This document shows, piece by piece, positions 1 through 10,227 of a stretch of DNA of 64,000 bases. The position numbers were made by a program, and so were the translations under genes. How positions within the stretch are numbered: position 1 is the first letter of the stretch; each line of letters opens with the position of its first letter. Below the pieces are notes generated by a model, which was not told the origin of the DNA, ran no database searches, and was given only the letters and a program-made list of their open reading frames with translations. Location of the stretch: contig WALU01000049.1 of the NCBI GenBank assembly GCA_015522685.1, positions 22,441 through 86,440 on the forward strand, in the 5' to 3' direction. The stretch comes from Thermoproteota archaeon (GTDB lineage Archaea; Korarchaeota; Korarchaeia; Korarchaeales; Korarchaeaceae).

Positions 1-820
1 GCTCCTTCGACGGAAATAGGTATCTAAACTTGGAGTCCACCAAGAGAGTCAGTATTCTCCTATTTCTAGAGATCTTGGATCTGATCTTCCAATGAGACAT
101 TAATACCACATAGGGAATTAATCTTGCAATGGATGTGCCATACCTTGTGGTCATCTTGAGGATGGATACAGGTCCGCTCACCTCTACTATTATTTTACCT
201 TCCTTCTTCTCGGCGGCGTACATGAGTCCAAACCTCTTTAAGCTCCTAAGTAAGTTCTTGATCTCCCATCCCGATACTTTAGCTTCTATTCTTAGGTCAA
301 GCGCCTTGAAGAGAGCAGTTTGGAGGAGAGATAAGTTGTATTCCTTAAGGAGATTCTCTGGAGAATAGTTAAGTCCCCCAACAAGTACCTGTAACTTATC
401 TGAGTCAGCCCAGAGGCTCTTCTCCAACTCTTCCCTCTCTATACCCAGCTCCTTTGTCGCTTCATTGAGAGCATCATCCCTAAGTTCCTCAGGAACAAAT
501 CCTCCATATTTAATATTAACAAGTCTGAACACAACTTCCCTTGCTCTTTCAGGCTCAACGATGGTATTAGGCCTTTTAAACCTACTAGTTCTCTCTAGTA
601 ATATAGTTAGGCCCCTAACAAGCTTATAATCAATTCCAGTAGATTCATATATCTCCTCTATCTCCTCAACCCTCTCTTGTATCTCACTTAGCTTAACACC
701 TGCCTTAAAAACTCTAATCAGATCTCTAGCTAGCTGAAGCTCCTCATCCGAGCCCCTCGCCCATATGGGGTAGATGATGCCCTTGCTTATCCTCACCCTT
801 AGAAGCTGAGAGGGGAGCAT
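1..820 (-). CDS. bax1: DUF790/Bax1 endonuclease, partner of XPB (3' end runs off the window)
   Basis: Manual translation from the ATG at 820: MLPSQLLRVRISKG...NLLKEYNLSLLQTALFKA...SGPVSILKMTTRYGTSIARLIP, which are DUF790 motifs. The start overlaps the XPB stop (TAATG). Confidence 0.88.
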   Translation of the reverse strand, partial: MLPSQLLRVRISKGIIYPIWARGSDEELQLARDLIRVFKAGVKLSEIQERVEEIEEIYESTGIDYKLVRGLTILLERTSRFKRPNTIVEPERAREVVFRLVNIKYGGFVPEELRDDALNEATKELGIEREELEKSLWADSDKLQVLVGGLNYSPENLLKEYNLSLLQTALFKALDLRIEAKVSGWEIKNLLRSLKRFGLMYAAEKKEGKIIVEVSGPVSILKMTTRYGTSIARLIPYVVLMSHWKIRSKISRNRRILTLLVDSKFRYLFPSKE

Positions 821-2136
821 TATCTCAATCCCTTCCTTCTTCTACTGGATATCCTAACCTCAGACGTTCCTTTAGATACTACTTCATAGAGAACTGCTCT
901 TTTACCTTCTCTCTTCCTTAGTATTCTTCCTAATCTCTGAATAAACTCCCTTCTACTTCCAGTTCCTCCTAATATTATACCGACTCTGGCATCTGGCACG
1001 TCTAACCCTTCATCCAATACCTTTGAAGTGACTATCTTCATAACAGATCCTATCTTGAAGGCATCCAATATTTTCTCCCTCTCTCTTCTACTTGTCCTGT
1101 GAGTTATTAGAGGTATCAGAAATCTTTTGCTTATTTCCTCGGCCATCTCATTGTATTCCGTGAATATTATCACTTTATCTTCTCTATGGCTCTCTAAAAG
1201 ATCTTGAAGAACCTGAAACTTTGCTTTTGAGTTTATAGCTATTTTCCTAGCTTCATTCCAGGATAAAAGAGCCTTCCTAGCATGAATATTCCTACTGCTC
1301 CTCATTACAAGTTTTCTGAAGTCTTCTAAGGATCTCATCGAGATACCTGCTTTCTTTAGAGATTCTTTGTATTCTCTCAAGAAGCGCTCATACTTCTTCC
1401 TCTCATCATCCAGTAGATCTACCTTGAGCCTGATTGCATCAAACTCTGATAGATGCTCGCCAGCCAGCTCCTTTGGAGCTAATTGATAGATAATCCCACC
1501 AACCAATGGAAAAAGGAGTCTATGCCTTCCATCTTCCCTCTCCAAGGTAGCAGTTAGGCCCATTCTATAAGGGGAGGCTGATAGCTCTGCTATCTCTATA
1601 TAGCTCTCTGCAGCTAAATGGTGCACCTCATCAAATATAATAAATTGAAACCTATTCCCTAACTCAGCAGCTCTCAGATAGGCTGAATCATAGGTAATTA
1701 CTGTTATGGGATCAAGGTGCTCCTTACCACCTCCTATGATACCGACTTCAATGCTGCAAAGGGATTGTATGGTCTCTCTCCACTGATTTAAGAGGGGGAG
1801 CGTTGGCACTACAATCAGAGTAGGTTCCTTTAGAACTTCCATGGCCTTCAGAGCGATGTAGGTCTTACCAGCGCCTGTTGGAAGGGCTATTATCCCTCTC
1901 TTGCTCTTGAGCCATGAACCGAGTGCATCGTCTTGGAAGGGTTTAAGCTCAACTACTTTTCTCAGCTTAGGAGAAGGTAATAGATCCATGACCTCATCAA
2001 TGGCCTGGGGAATCAGTTCTTTAATCTCCCTGTACTTATAGGCCATCGCTCTCAGCTTTCCCATTCCAGGATCCCATTTACAATAAGGCAGCCTCTTAGC
2101 TCCCTCAATCAGCAAAGTGCCTCTATCATAGCTCAT
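820..2136 (-). CDS. xpb: XPB/Rad25-family SF2 DNA helicase
   Basis: LPTGAGKT, DEVHH, GLTAT and QRLGRILR motifs; translationally coupled to bax1. Confidence 0.93.
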   Translation of the reverse strand: MSYDRGTLLIEGAKRLPYCKWDPGMGKLRAMAYKYREIKELIPQAIDEVMDLLPSPKLRKVVELKPFQDDALGSWLKSKRGIIALPTGAGKTYIALKAMEVLKEPTLIVVPTLPLLNQWRETIQSLCSIEVGIIGGGKEHLDPITVITYDSAYLRAAELGNRFQFIIFDEVHHLAAESYIEIAELSASPYRMGLTATLEREDGRHRLLFPLVGGIIYQLAPKELAGEHLSEFDAIRLKVDLLDDERKKYERFLREYKESLKKAGISMRSLEDFRKLVMRSSRNIHARKALLSWNEARKIAINSKAKFQVLQDLLESHREDKVIIFTEYNEMAEEISKRFLIPLITHRTSRREREKILDAFKIGSVMKIVTSKVLDEGLDVPDARVGIILGGTGSRREFIQRLGRILRKREGKRAVLYEVVSKGTSEVRISSRRRKGLR

Positions 2137-2257
2137 TCTGAGAACTACTATCTCACCAACTAATGTGACTAGTTAAAATGAAAAATATTCGCAGCTCTCG
2201 AAGGGAATCTTTGGGTAACTTTTTAATAAAAATCGGATTTTTTGAGTAGGTGTTGTC

Positions 2258-2680
2258 ATGCCTAGGAGAAGGTTAAGTTATCCAATTGAAGCTATTGAGG
2301 GGGTAGGGGGAGCTTATTCAAAGAAGCTCAAAGGAATAGGGATTAAGACAATTAATGATCTACTGAAGCTAGCATCTAAGAGATCAGAAAGAAGAAAACT
2401 AGCTAAGAGCCTAGGAATATCCGAGAAGAGGATCTTAGGTTGGATAAACAGAGCAGACCTATTCAGAATTCCAGGAGTAGGAGAGGAGTATTCTAGTCTG
2501 CTAGAGCAAGTTGGCGTTGATACAGTTGCAGAACTATCAAAGAGAAGCCCAGACAATTTGTATGAAGCTCTTCTAAAGATAAATGAGAAAAAGAAGCTAG
2601 TAAGAAGGCTTCCTACCAAAAACCAGGTAGCTGGCTGGATAAGATCTGCGAAAAAATTAAAGAGGATAATAGAATACTAA
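2258..2680 (+). CDS. DUF4332 helix-hairpin-helix protein
   Basis: IEGVG...GIKTINDLL, WINRADLFRIPGVGEEYSSLLE, VRRLP pattern. Confidence 0.85.
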   Translation: MPRRRLSYPIEAIEGVGGAYSKKLKGIGIKTINDLLKLASKRSERRKLAKSLGISEKRILGWINRADLFRIPGVGEEYSSLLEQVGVDTVAELSKRSPDNLYEALLKINEKKKLVRRLPTKNQVAGWIRSAKKLKRIIEY

Positions 2681-2914
2681 ATTTCATTATTTCTCTATAA
2701 TTTTCCATTTAATTATCATATTCTAGTTACTTTAGTAAGATAAGATATGTCTATCATATTATCTCAGATTAAAGGAATAGGATGAGCCATTTATCTTACT
2801 TGAACTGATCGAGGCAAGCCTTTTGGTCTGGAAGGTAGAATTCAAGGTCAATAAGTTTTCGCTTAGGACGACGATTAAAGTTAGGGAAATGAAAGCTTAT
2901 AAGTCCCCCCAAGG

Positions 2915-3715
2915 TCACCACAAACCAATTGCTCTAGTTCCATTCTTCTTTATATAGTACTCAACGCTTCTCATAAGTCCTAATGCAAATAGAACCATCG
3001 CTGATGATTCAGCTATTGATATCAGAAAAGCTTCGCTGAGGAGGATCGATTGCTCTGCCCCTACCGCAACTTTCATGAGATATACGGGAGCTATATAAGG
3101 TATTAAGAGGTAGGGAATCCTGATCCGAGATGGCAACATGCTTATTGGAATTATGAGAATCCCTATAATACCAAAGTTTAGTATCTCTAAGAACTGCTGA
3201 GATACACTAGTCCTCATAGATGCGGCAGAGATGGAGAGAGCATATGATAAGCTTTCTATTATCAGAAAAGTGAACCCGACAACTATAAGGATGGGATCCT
3301 TAAACGTCATCAAATCCTTACCAAAAATATCACCTAGAAAATAGCCCATAACTATAATTATGACAAATGATATTGTCGTCCCTGTCAGGACCCTACCAAC
3401 TATTGCTGTAAAGGGAGATGTATTTCTGATTATGTGCTCTTCCACCATACCCATCATTATAAAGAAATTCGTCCATCCACCTATGAGAGAGGTGAAGCTA
3501 GATATTATCGTCCAAGCTGCTATTGTCCAGTAAGCAAGCCTGAGAGCTGTTGTTAGATGGTCTGGTGGTACAAATAGTAGGATACCAAGTATGAAGAGAA
3601 GTATCCAGAGAGTTTGGGATAGTATCATGTTAAGGAAGCCCATCCCATATCTCCACAACCTGATCGTGTGGAGGATTATTATCGCCTTTATCTTAGCCAT
3701 CATTTCATACGACAC
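2915..3715 (-). CDS. ABC-2 type exporter permease
   Basis: About six hydrophobic helices; overlaps the upstream permease in an ATPase-permease-permease operon. Confidence 0.75.
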   Translation of the reverse strand: MSYEMMAKIKAIIILHTIRLWRYGMGFLNMILSQTLWILLFILGILLFVPPDHLTTALRLAYWTIAAWTIISSFTSLIGGWTNFFIMMGMVEEHIIRNTSPFTAIVGRVLTGTTISFVIIIVMGYFLGDIFGKDLMTFKDPILIVVGFTFLIIESLSYALSISAASMRTSVSQQFLEILNFGIIGILIIPISMLPSRIRIPYLLIPYIAPVYLMKVAVGAEQSILLSEAFLISIAESSAMVLFALGLMRSVEYYIKKNGTRAIGLW

Positions 3716-4517
3716 CTTTCTTCAGAGCTTTCTTCTCAGCCTTTCCAAGGGCTGAGTAGGAGGCTAAGTTGTAAAGCAGGGACATCCCCAGAAGTATTGC
3801 TATGAGAAAGGTAATCTCCGCCAGCTTAGGAGCTCCTATCAGGGATGCAAGCCTCGCCAGCTCAAAGGTATAGGTTGTAGGTATGAGACCTGAAAGTATC
3901 CTAGCCCAAGCTGGGAATAGATAAGCTGGGTAGAACGCGCCGGAAAGAATGAGCACTATAGGATTTAGCCAGCTAAGGATATTGCTCTCTTCCTTTAGAG
4001 TCAGGAGATATGAGCCGAATATCGCAGAAAAGCCGAGTAAGGGTAGCATTCCTATCACAATAGCTAAAGTTATTATGAGGACATCTTGAATACCTCCTAA
4101 GATCCCTTCTCTCCAGATAAGCAGAGGAACAAACTCTGTAAGGTGTATAGAAGACCAGAGAAGGTATCTAGGGACATATGACATGACTAGGGTAGTAGAT
4201 GTTCTGTAAGGAGCTAGAAGCATGTATGGAAGGGTTCCTGACCACCTATGAGTTAAGACGGCTCCTCCAACTTCCCACATAACGGACATCGATTCCATGG
4301 CTATGAGAGTAGATGCAACGAAGAAAACAATGGGGTCGGCATTTACCTTGACATTTGATTTGAAAGTCTGAGTTGAGCCAAAGATGAATCCCATCCCCAG
4401 CATTAGGGTCAGTAGGATATATGGCCAAGTGAGGAAGGATATCAGTTCAGCTCTATTGTTCTTGAAGAAATATATATCTAGAGTAACACCTGATTTCAGA
4501 AGGTTCAGGATGCTCAT
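3705..4517 (-). CDS. ABC-2 type exporter permease
   Basis: Hydrophobic, with RWSGTLPYMLLAP and LSGAFYP...IPTTY ABC-2 signatures. Confidence 0.85.
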   Translation of the reverse strand: MSILNLLKSGVTLDIYFFKNNRAELISFLTWPYILLTLMLGMGFIFGSTQTFKSNVKVNADPIVFFVASTLIAMESMSVMWEVGGAVLTHRWSGTLPYMLLAPYRTSTTLVMSYVPRYLLWSSIHLTEFVPLLIWREGILGGIQDVLIITLAIVIGMLPLLGFSAIFGSYLLTLKEESNILSWLNPIVLILSGAFYPAYLFPAWARILSGLIPTTYTFELARLASLIGAPKLAEITFLIAILLGMSLLYNLASYSALGKAEKKALKKGVV

Positions 4518-5530
4518 TCTGCCCCTCCTTCAGTCAATTCTATGAAAACATCCTCCAGAGTTGGTTCCTTGACCTCTACCCTTCTTACATGGACCCCTAA
4601 GCTATAGAGCGATTCTAAAATCTCCTGCGTCACTATCCCCCTTTCATCTGGCCTTAAAACCACCTTTATCCTCACGTTCTTCTCTCTAGGCTGTATTTCC
4701 ACATCCCTACCGAGAACCAACCTCAGATCATCAGTGATTTTTCTCAGGCTAGCCCTAGCTGGAAGTATAGCGCTTATCTCCAATGTTATATTACATAAAA
4801 CAGATCTCTTAAGCCCTTCTACTCTATCAAGTGCTATTATTTTTCCTTTATTTATTATAGCAAGTCTATCGCAGACTATCTCAGCCTCAAACATATTATG
4901 CGTCGTTATTAAGACAGTCTTGCCTTCATTATGAGATATCCTTGCAAGTAATTCCCTTAAAAGCCTAGCAGATGGGGGATCCAGACCGAGGGTAGGCTCG
5001 TCTAGGATCAATAAATCTGGATCTGTAAGCATCGCTCGAGCGACACTGAGCCTTGCCTTCATTCCTAAGGAGTATTCTTCATAGAGTTTATCCGAGGAGC
5101 CGAGTTCCTCGAGCCCAACTACCTTAAGCATTCTCTGGACCCTCTGCTTTAGATCGGAACTGCTCAGTCCATAGAGCATTCCGAAGTATGTAAGGTTCTC
5201 CCTGCCAGTCAACTTCCAGAAAAATCCCTTCTCCACGCTGAGCGATACCCCTATCCTCTTTCTAACTTCAGTGGCTTCTTTTACGACATCATAGCCAAGA
5301 ACCTTAGCCTTTCCTGAATCTGGAAGGAGAAGCGTACTTAGGATCTTAACTGTCGTCGTCTTGCCAGCACCGTTCGGTCCTAAGAGTCCAAATACCTCTC
5401 CCTTTCTAATAGTGAAAGATACTCCTCTGAGAGCTTCCACTATCTTCTTTTCCCTCTTAGTTATGCCTTTCCTTAGAAAAGTCTCATATCTCTTCACTAG
5501 GTTCTCGGCTACGACGACTTCACCCTCCAT
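4514..5530 (-). CDS. ABC exporter ATP-binding protein (DrrA-like)
   Basis: GPNGAGKTT, YSLGM, ILDEPT, TTH, C-terminal PTLEDVF. Confidence 0.95.
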   Translation of the reverse strand: MEGEVVVAENLVKRYETFLRKGITKREKKIVEALRGVSFTIRKGEVFGLLGPNGAGKTTTVKILSTLLLPDSGKAKVLGYDVVKEATEVRKRIGVSLSVEKGFFWKLTGRENLTYFGMLYGLSSSDLKQRVQRMLKVVGLEELGSSDKLYEEYSLGMKARLSVARAMLTDPDLLILDEPTLGLDPPSARLLRELLARISHNEGKTVLITTHNMFEAEIVCDRLAIINKGKIIALDRVEGLKRSVLCNITLEISAILPARASLRKITDDLRLVLGRDVEIQPREKNVRIKVVLRPDERGIVTQEILESLYSLGVHVRRVEVKEPTLEDVFIELTEGGAE

Positions 5531-5595
5531 AAAAACACCTTAAGGCCCCCTACACGTAGGTTTGCTGTAAAGAAATTTAAACCTCTTGACCCAAT

Positions 5596-6402
5596 ATGAT
5601 CAAGAAGTGGGCATTAATGAAAGGCGAGCAGCATTTGGATAAGTACTCCGCAATAGTGTGGCCACTACTATCCCAGATAATATCTGCTGCAGTAGTACTG
5701 AGTATAAGGCCAACGCCGCAAATAGAACTAGGTATAGAGGAATCTGCAGGTCTATCTCTTTTTTACGTCTTAATAGTCCTTGTTACTGCCTCCTTGATAT
5801 TATTACTTATTAGAAAGGGGATGTTCAGCATAATAAGGCTGCTTACAATTACCTTCTTCGCATATTCATCTTTCATAGCAATAGATAATCTCCTCTATTC
5901 ATTACAGGTCCATTGGTCTATAGAGCTGATGGTAGCAGTAATTATAACCTGGTTAAGCTTGAGGAGAGATATCTGGGGAAACATGGCCAAGTCTTTTTTG
6001 GCTGCATCTCTAGCCTACCTATTCGTCTACTTCTTCAATGATCTCTTTATCTATTTCTTATTGGCAGGTCTTGCTTTCTACGATGCATACTCGGTATTTA
6101 AGGGGCCACTAAGCAAGCTTTTGATGGTATCCAAAGGAAAGAGCGATCCTCTTGAGCCTCTGATGGTATTTCATGGAGACATTTCAATGGGGCTAGGTGA
6201 TGTATTTTGCTACTCCATGGCTTCTGCTTCTTCTCTCAGGTCTTTGAAAATTCCTCTTGCATTCTTACCAATTGTTATTCTTAATATAGGTATTCTAATA
6301 ACTATATGGCTCCTGTATAGAGCTAAAAGATCTCTTCCTGGGCTAACTATACCTATAATTCTCTGGCTTGCTGCTCAGCTGACTTTCCATGGTATTAGAT
6401 GA
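5596..6402 (+). CDS. Presenilin/SPP-family (GxGD) intramembrane aspartyl protease
   Basis: Multiple TM helices with the YD motif (FYDAY), GLGD motif and a PAL-like LPGL near the C-terminus. Confidence 0.85.
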   Translation: MIKKWALMKGEQHLDKYSAIVWPLLSQIISAAVVLSIRPTPQIELGIEESAGLSLFYVLIVLVTASLILLLIRKGMFSIIRLLTITFFAYSSFIAIDNLLYSLQVHWSIELMVAVIITWLSLRRDIWGNMAKSFLAASLAYLFVYFFNDLFIYFLLAGLAFYDAYSVFKGPLSKLLMVSKGKSDPLEPLMVFHGDISMGLGDVFCYSMASASSLRSLKIPLAFLPIVILNIGILITIWLLYRAKRSLPGLTIPIILWLAAQLTFHGIR

Positions 6403-6444
6403 GCTGAAAGCATCATTAAATTCCGGTAATCCTTTCTCTCCTAG

Positions 6445-7842
6445 ATGGATACTATAGTGTTAGGGAAGGAAGTAGAAACAGGCAAGGACTTCAAGCTCAA
6501 GGTTCCTGAGCTTGTAACTGGAAGGACAGCCATAATAGCTAAAACTGGCTACGGAAAGTCTTGGACCATCAGGAGGATAGTAGAGCAGTTGCTGGACACA
6601 GGTTATCCCGTTGGGATAATAGATCCTGAGGGAGAGCATTCTTCTCTAGCAGAGATATTCGACTTGCTTATTATAGCGCCAGATGGAGATGTGGATCTCA
6701 CTAGGGTATCTCCTACGAGGCTAGCTCAGGTTGCTGTAAGAGGGGTGAGCTTCATACTTGATCTATCTAAGTACGATCCAGATATCTCCTCGGAGCTTAC
6801 TATCAGCACTCTAGAAGCATTAATGAATATGAAGGGCAATGGTGGTTTCCTAGTAGTGGTAGATGAAGCTAAGGTGTTGGCCCCTGAGAGGGGAGTTGGG
6901 AGTACCCTGGGGAAGCATGCTTTATTTACTACGACGTGGCTCAATGCTTTAGCGACTAGAGGAAGGAAAAGGGGGTTAGGCCTTCTCTTCTCAACCCAAA
7001 GGCCCCAGCTCGTATCTAAAACCCTACTTAGCCAAGCAGAGAACAAGATAATCTTGAGAGTTGAATATAGTCGGGATCTATCAGCAATAGTCGAATTCCT
7101 CGGCCTTAGCAAGAGAGTGGCTAGAAAGATCACTAGATTGGATAGAGGAGTAGCTTACGTGGAGGGTCCATTCGCTGATAGATCTAGCTTCGTTAGAGTA
7201 GGAGAAGTCAGAAGTGCTCATCTTGGCTCCACTCCGAGCCCTAAGCCCAGACCTCCCCCTAGCCTGAAGGAAGTAGTGAGCTTTCTTTCGATGGGTGAAC
7301 TTGAATCGTTAAATGATGAGGAGAGGGAGGTAGAGCTTGAAAGAGCTGAGGAAAGAAGGAAAGGAAAAGTAGGAGAGACTAGTATTAAAGCGAAAGAGAA
7401 AAGTGGTTTCAATAGGAAGGGAAGGAAGATAGATATTAGATCCCCGGAGATATTCTCACTACCTCCTCAAAGCCTAAGCTCAAAGATAGCTGAAGATTTG
7501 GTAAAGAGAAGGAACGAAATGAGGTCCTTGGTTAGTACCTTGGAAGACAGGAAAGGAGAAATGAAGGAACATGTTTACCAGCTATTGCTCAAGGAATATG
7601 AGAGGGAAATGAGTCATCTAGAGGATAGCCTTGAACCTTACAGGGAGGAAGCTAGAGAGGCTATTCTGGTGCTGGAAGCCGCCATAGAGGATAGAAAGAA
7701 TATGATCGCCGCCCTTAATAGAAGCAAAAGCTTCCTTAAGAAATTATGCAATAAACTGAAAATTTATAAGCTAAAAAGAGAGATAAGAGATCTAGAAAGA
7801 AGATTGAATAAGACAAAACGCCTCCTGAGTAATTTAAGATGA
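6445..7842 (+). CDS. HerA/FtsK-like (DUF87) ATPase with C-terminal coiled-coil extension
   Basis: Walker A AKTGYGKS, IIDPEGEH, Walker B VVVDEA, RGRKRG, STQRP; then a Pro-rich linker and a charged helical tail. Confidence 0.85.
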   Translation: MDTIVLGKEVETGKDFKLKVPELVTGRTAIIAKTGYGKSWTIRRIVEQLLDTGYPVGIIDPEGEHSSLAEIFDLLIIAPDGDVDLTRVSPTRLAQVAVRGVSFILDLSKYDPDISSELTISTLEALMNMKGNGGFLVVVDEAKVLAPERGVGSTLGKHALFTTTWLNALATRGRKRGLGLLFSTQRPQLVSKTLLSQAENKIILRVEYSRDLSAIVEFLGLSKRVARKITRLDRGVAYVEGPFADRSSFVRVGEVRSAHLGSTPSPKPRPPPSLKEVVSFLSMGELESLNDEEREVELERAEERRKGKVGETSIKAKEKSGFNRKGRKIDIRSPEIFSLPPQSLSSKIAEDLVKRRNEMRSLVSTLEDRKGEMKEHVYQLLLKEYEREMSHLEDSLEPYREEAREAILVLEAAIEDRKNMIAALNRSKSFLKKLCNKLKIYKLKREIRDLERRLNKTKRLLSNLR

Positions 7843-7888
7843 TCCCGAGGTTTAGATTATGAGAAGGATATTTTAGAGGATCGAAAAA

Positions 7889-8110
7889 ACGAATCCTCAA
7901 ATAGATAAATTTCTCAGGAGAAACAACGTATTGGCTGTGGTTGGGGTATCTAGAGATTGTGAGAGTGGAGGTATGAGTTATGTTCTTTTTCAAGGAATAT
8001 TACAGGAGAGTATACACATTAATTCAAATGCAAGTGAAATCGATGGAGATAAAGCTTATCTTAATCTATCGCGCGATTTAATGCTATATGTTATACCAGC
8101 AATAAGTTAA
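7889..8110 (+). pseudogene. Remnant of a CoA-binding domain protein (YccU-like)
   Basis: Translates as NPQIDKFLRRNNVLAVVGVSRD...INSNASEIDGDKAY, matching the family's AVVGxSxD and VNPxxxEIxGxKxY motifs. No ATG (ACG at 7889), scrambled middle, truncated. Confidence 0.6.
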
Positions 8111-8199
8111 CAGAACCTTGATAAGTAAAGTTTATATTCAGCAGAAGTATGCTTTCAAAACCTCTATAGGGTGGGATTGTTGATCCAACTAGAAGATCT

Positions 8200-9924
8200 T
8201 TGAATGGACGAGTCGTAGATGCTATATCCTCTCTTTTGATAGAATTAGGTGTTCATACCTTAGTGGGTGTGATTGGTGGCTCCATAATGCCCCTCTATGA
8301 TGCGCTTTATCCCTACAGAGACGAGATGGAGATTATAATGTTCAAGCATGAGCAAGGGGCGGCTCATGCAGCTGATGCCTATGGCAGAGTTGCGAGGAAG
8401 CCTGGCGTAATGGTAGCTACTTCGGGGCCTGGAGCTACAAACCTCGTCACCGGCATAGCAAATGCCTATATGGATTCCTCTCCGGTTATGGCCCTTACAG
8501 GGCAAGTTGCCACGGAAGTGTTTGGAAGAGATGCATTCCAGGAGACAGATATCTTCGGTGTTATAGCGCCAATAACTAAGTTTGTGTATCAAGTGAAGGA
8601 TCCAAAAGAGACCATTCCAGCAGTAGCGGCAGCTTATAAGATGGCATTGATAGGGAGGCCTGGGCCTACTCTTGTAGACCTACCAAGGAATATTCAAGTT
8701 GCTGAGGCTAAGGATCAGAAGAGGAAGATTCTTCCACTCAACTTCAGGAGATACCTCTTACCAGATCCAAAAATCGAAGATATAAGAAAAGCTGCTAGTC
8801 TGATAGTAGAGGCAGAGAGGCCAGTTATATTGGTTGGTGGAGGTGTTTACTGGTCAAAAGCATCAGATAAGGTACTAAAATTGGCTGAATACATCCTCGC
8901 CCCAATAGTGACGACTCTTCCAGGAAAGAACTCCGTTCCCTTCAATCATCCACTTGTTATGGGACCAGCGGGAATGCATGGTAGGGCAGAGGCTGATGCT
9001 GCATTAGCGAATGCTGATGTCGTTCTTGCTGTCGGAACGAGGTTCTCAGATAGAACAGTAGGAAGATTCGATGAGATGAGGGAGAAGAAAGTTATTCATA
9101 TAGATATAGATGCGAGTGAGCTTGGCAAAAACATCCCAACAGAGGTTGCAATAAGGGGAGATGCTAAAACTGCACTAGAAATGCTCCTTAATGAGATAAA
9201 AACTGTGGAAACTAAGGAAAGGGATAAATTTCTGTCTTGGCTCAGATACATAAGGGAAGAGTTTGAAAGATCCTTGAAAGAGTGGGAAAACAGTTTTAAA
9301 GGCCTTGCTCCATGGAGAGTATTAAAAACATTGAGGAAGTTCCTTCCTAGCAACTCAATAGCAGTAACAGGTGTTGGAAGCCATCAGATGTGGTCCGAGA
9401 TTCATTGGAATGTGCTCTTCCCTGGAACATTCATAACATCGGCTGGTTTAGGAACTATGGGATTCGGTATACCAGCAGCCTTGGGAGCTAAGCTAGCAGC
9501 TAGAGATAGGCAGGTGGTATGCATAGATGGTGATGGAAGTTTTCAGATGACCTTAAACAATCTATCTCTGATTAGAGATTATGACCTTCCATTTATAGAA
9601 GTGATATTCGATAATAGAGCCTTAATGCTGGTCAAGCAGTGGCAGATATACCTTTATGAGAGAAGGATCATAGCAACTGAATTCTCAAATAATCCTGACT
9701 TCGCCAAGATATCGAATGCCTATAACATAGAGTTCTCGAGACCTGAAAGCTATGAAGATATAAAGAAATCCGTGGAATGGGCCGTTAGGAACAGAGAACC
9801 TCTCATACTTGATATAACATTGGACAATGAGAAGGACATTGTTTTGCCATGGGTTCAGCCTGGAAAATGGCTTACAGATGCCATACTTCCACCTAGCATG
9901 GAGATTGATCTGAAATGGAGGTAG
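8200..9924 (+). CDS. ilvB: Acetolactate synthase large subunit
   Basis: KHEQGAAHAADAYGR, TSGPGATN, DAFQETD, ThDP motif GDGSF. Confidence 0.95.
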   Translation: MNGRVVDAISSLLIELGVHTLVGVIGGSIMPLYDALYPYRDEMEIIMFKHEQGAAHAADAYGRVARKPGVMVATSGPGATNLVTGIANAYMDSSPVMALTGQVATEVFGRDAFQETDIFGVIAPITKFVYQVKDPKETIPAVAAAYKMALIGRPGPTLVDLPRNIQVAEAKDQKRKILPLNFRRYLLPDPKIEDIRKAASLIVEAERPVILVGGGVYWSKASDKVLKLAEYILAPIVTTLPGKNSVPFNHPLVMGPAGMHGRAEADAALANADVVLAVGTRFSDRTVGRFDEMREKKVIHIDIDASELGKNIPTEVAIRGDAKTALEMLLNEIKTVETKERDKFLSWLRYIREEFERSLKEWENSFKGLAPWRVLKTLRKFLPSNSIAVTGVGSHQMWSEIHWNVLFPGTFITSAGLGTMGFGIPAALGAKLAARDRQVVCIDGDGSFQMTLNNLSLIRDYDLPFIEVIFDNRALMLVKQWQIYLYERRIIATEFSNNPDFAKISNAYNIEFSRPESYEDIKKSVEWAVRNREPLILDITLDNEKDIVLPWVQPGKWLTDAILPPSMEIDLKWR

Positions 9925-9928
9925 TATC

Positions 9929-10207
9929 ATGAGAGCAGAGATAAGGCTTGAGATGAGGATATTTGGCGGCCTTGATCAGCTTTCTAGGGTCATTAACATA
10001 ACTAGAAGGGGCAGGGTCTCTTATAGGAATATAGAAGTAAAATTTGAAGACGGTGAAGTCAAAGCTGCAATCGATATGAAAGGAAAAGCCAAGGAAATAG
10101 AGTGGCTTATAAAGAAAATGGCTACATTACCAGAAGTAATCTCTATTGAGACACGTGCTAGAACTGTAGAGCTCGAAGATCCCCTGACTGAGATTTTTCT
10201 TCCTTAA
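9929..10207 (+). CDS. ilvN: ACT-domain acetolactate synthase regulatory subunit
   Basis: Small ACT-like protein (LSRVINITRR...KMATLPEV) between ilvB and ilvC. Confidence 0.7.
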   Translation: MRAEIRLEMRIFGGLDQLSRVINITRRGRVSYRNIEVKFEDGEVKAAIDMKGKAKEIEWLIKKMATLPEVISIETRARTVELEDPLTEIFLP

Positions 10208-10227
10208 GTTTGATGAGGTGTTTTCCT

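Noticed and set aside
129-368. 79-aa + strand ORF and the many similar short antisense ORFs in the track
   Set aside because: They are shadows of well-supported genes on the opposite strand (here bax1), with Ser/Leu/Phe-rich antisense composition.
2779-2831. AGGATGA...CTGA as a possible C/D sRNA
   Set aside because: The guide is too long, there is no proper second D box or terminal stem, and no rRNA complement was recognised.
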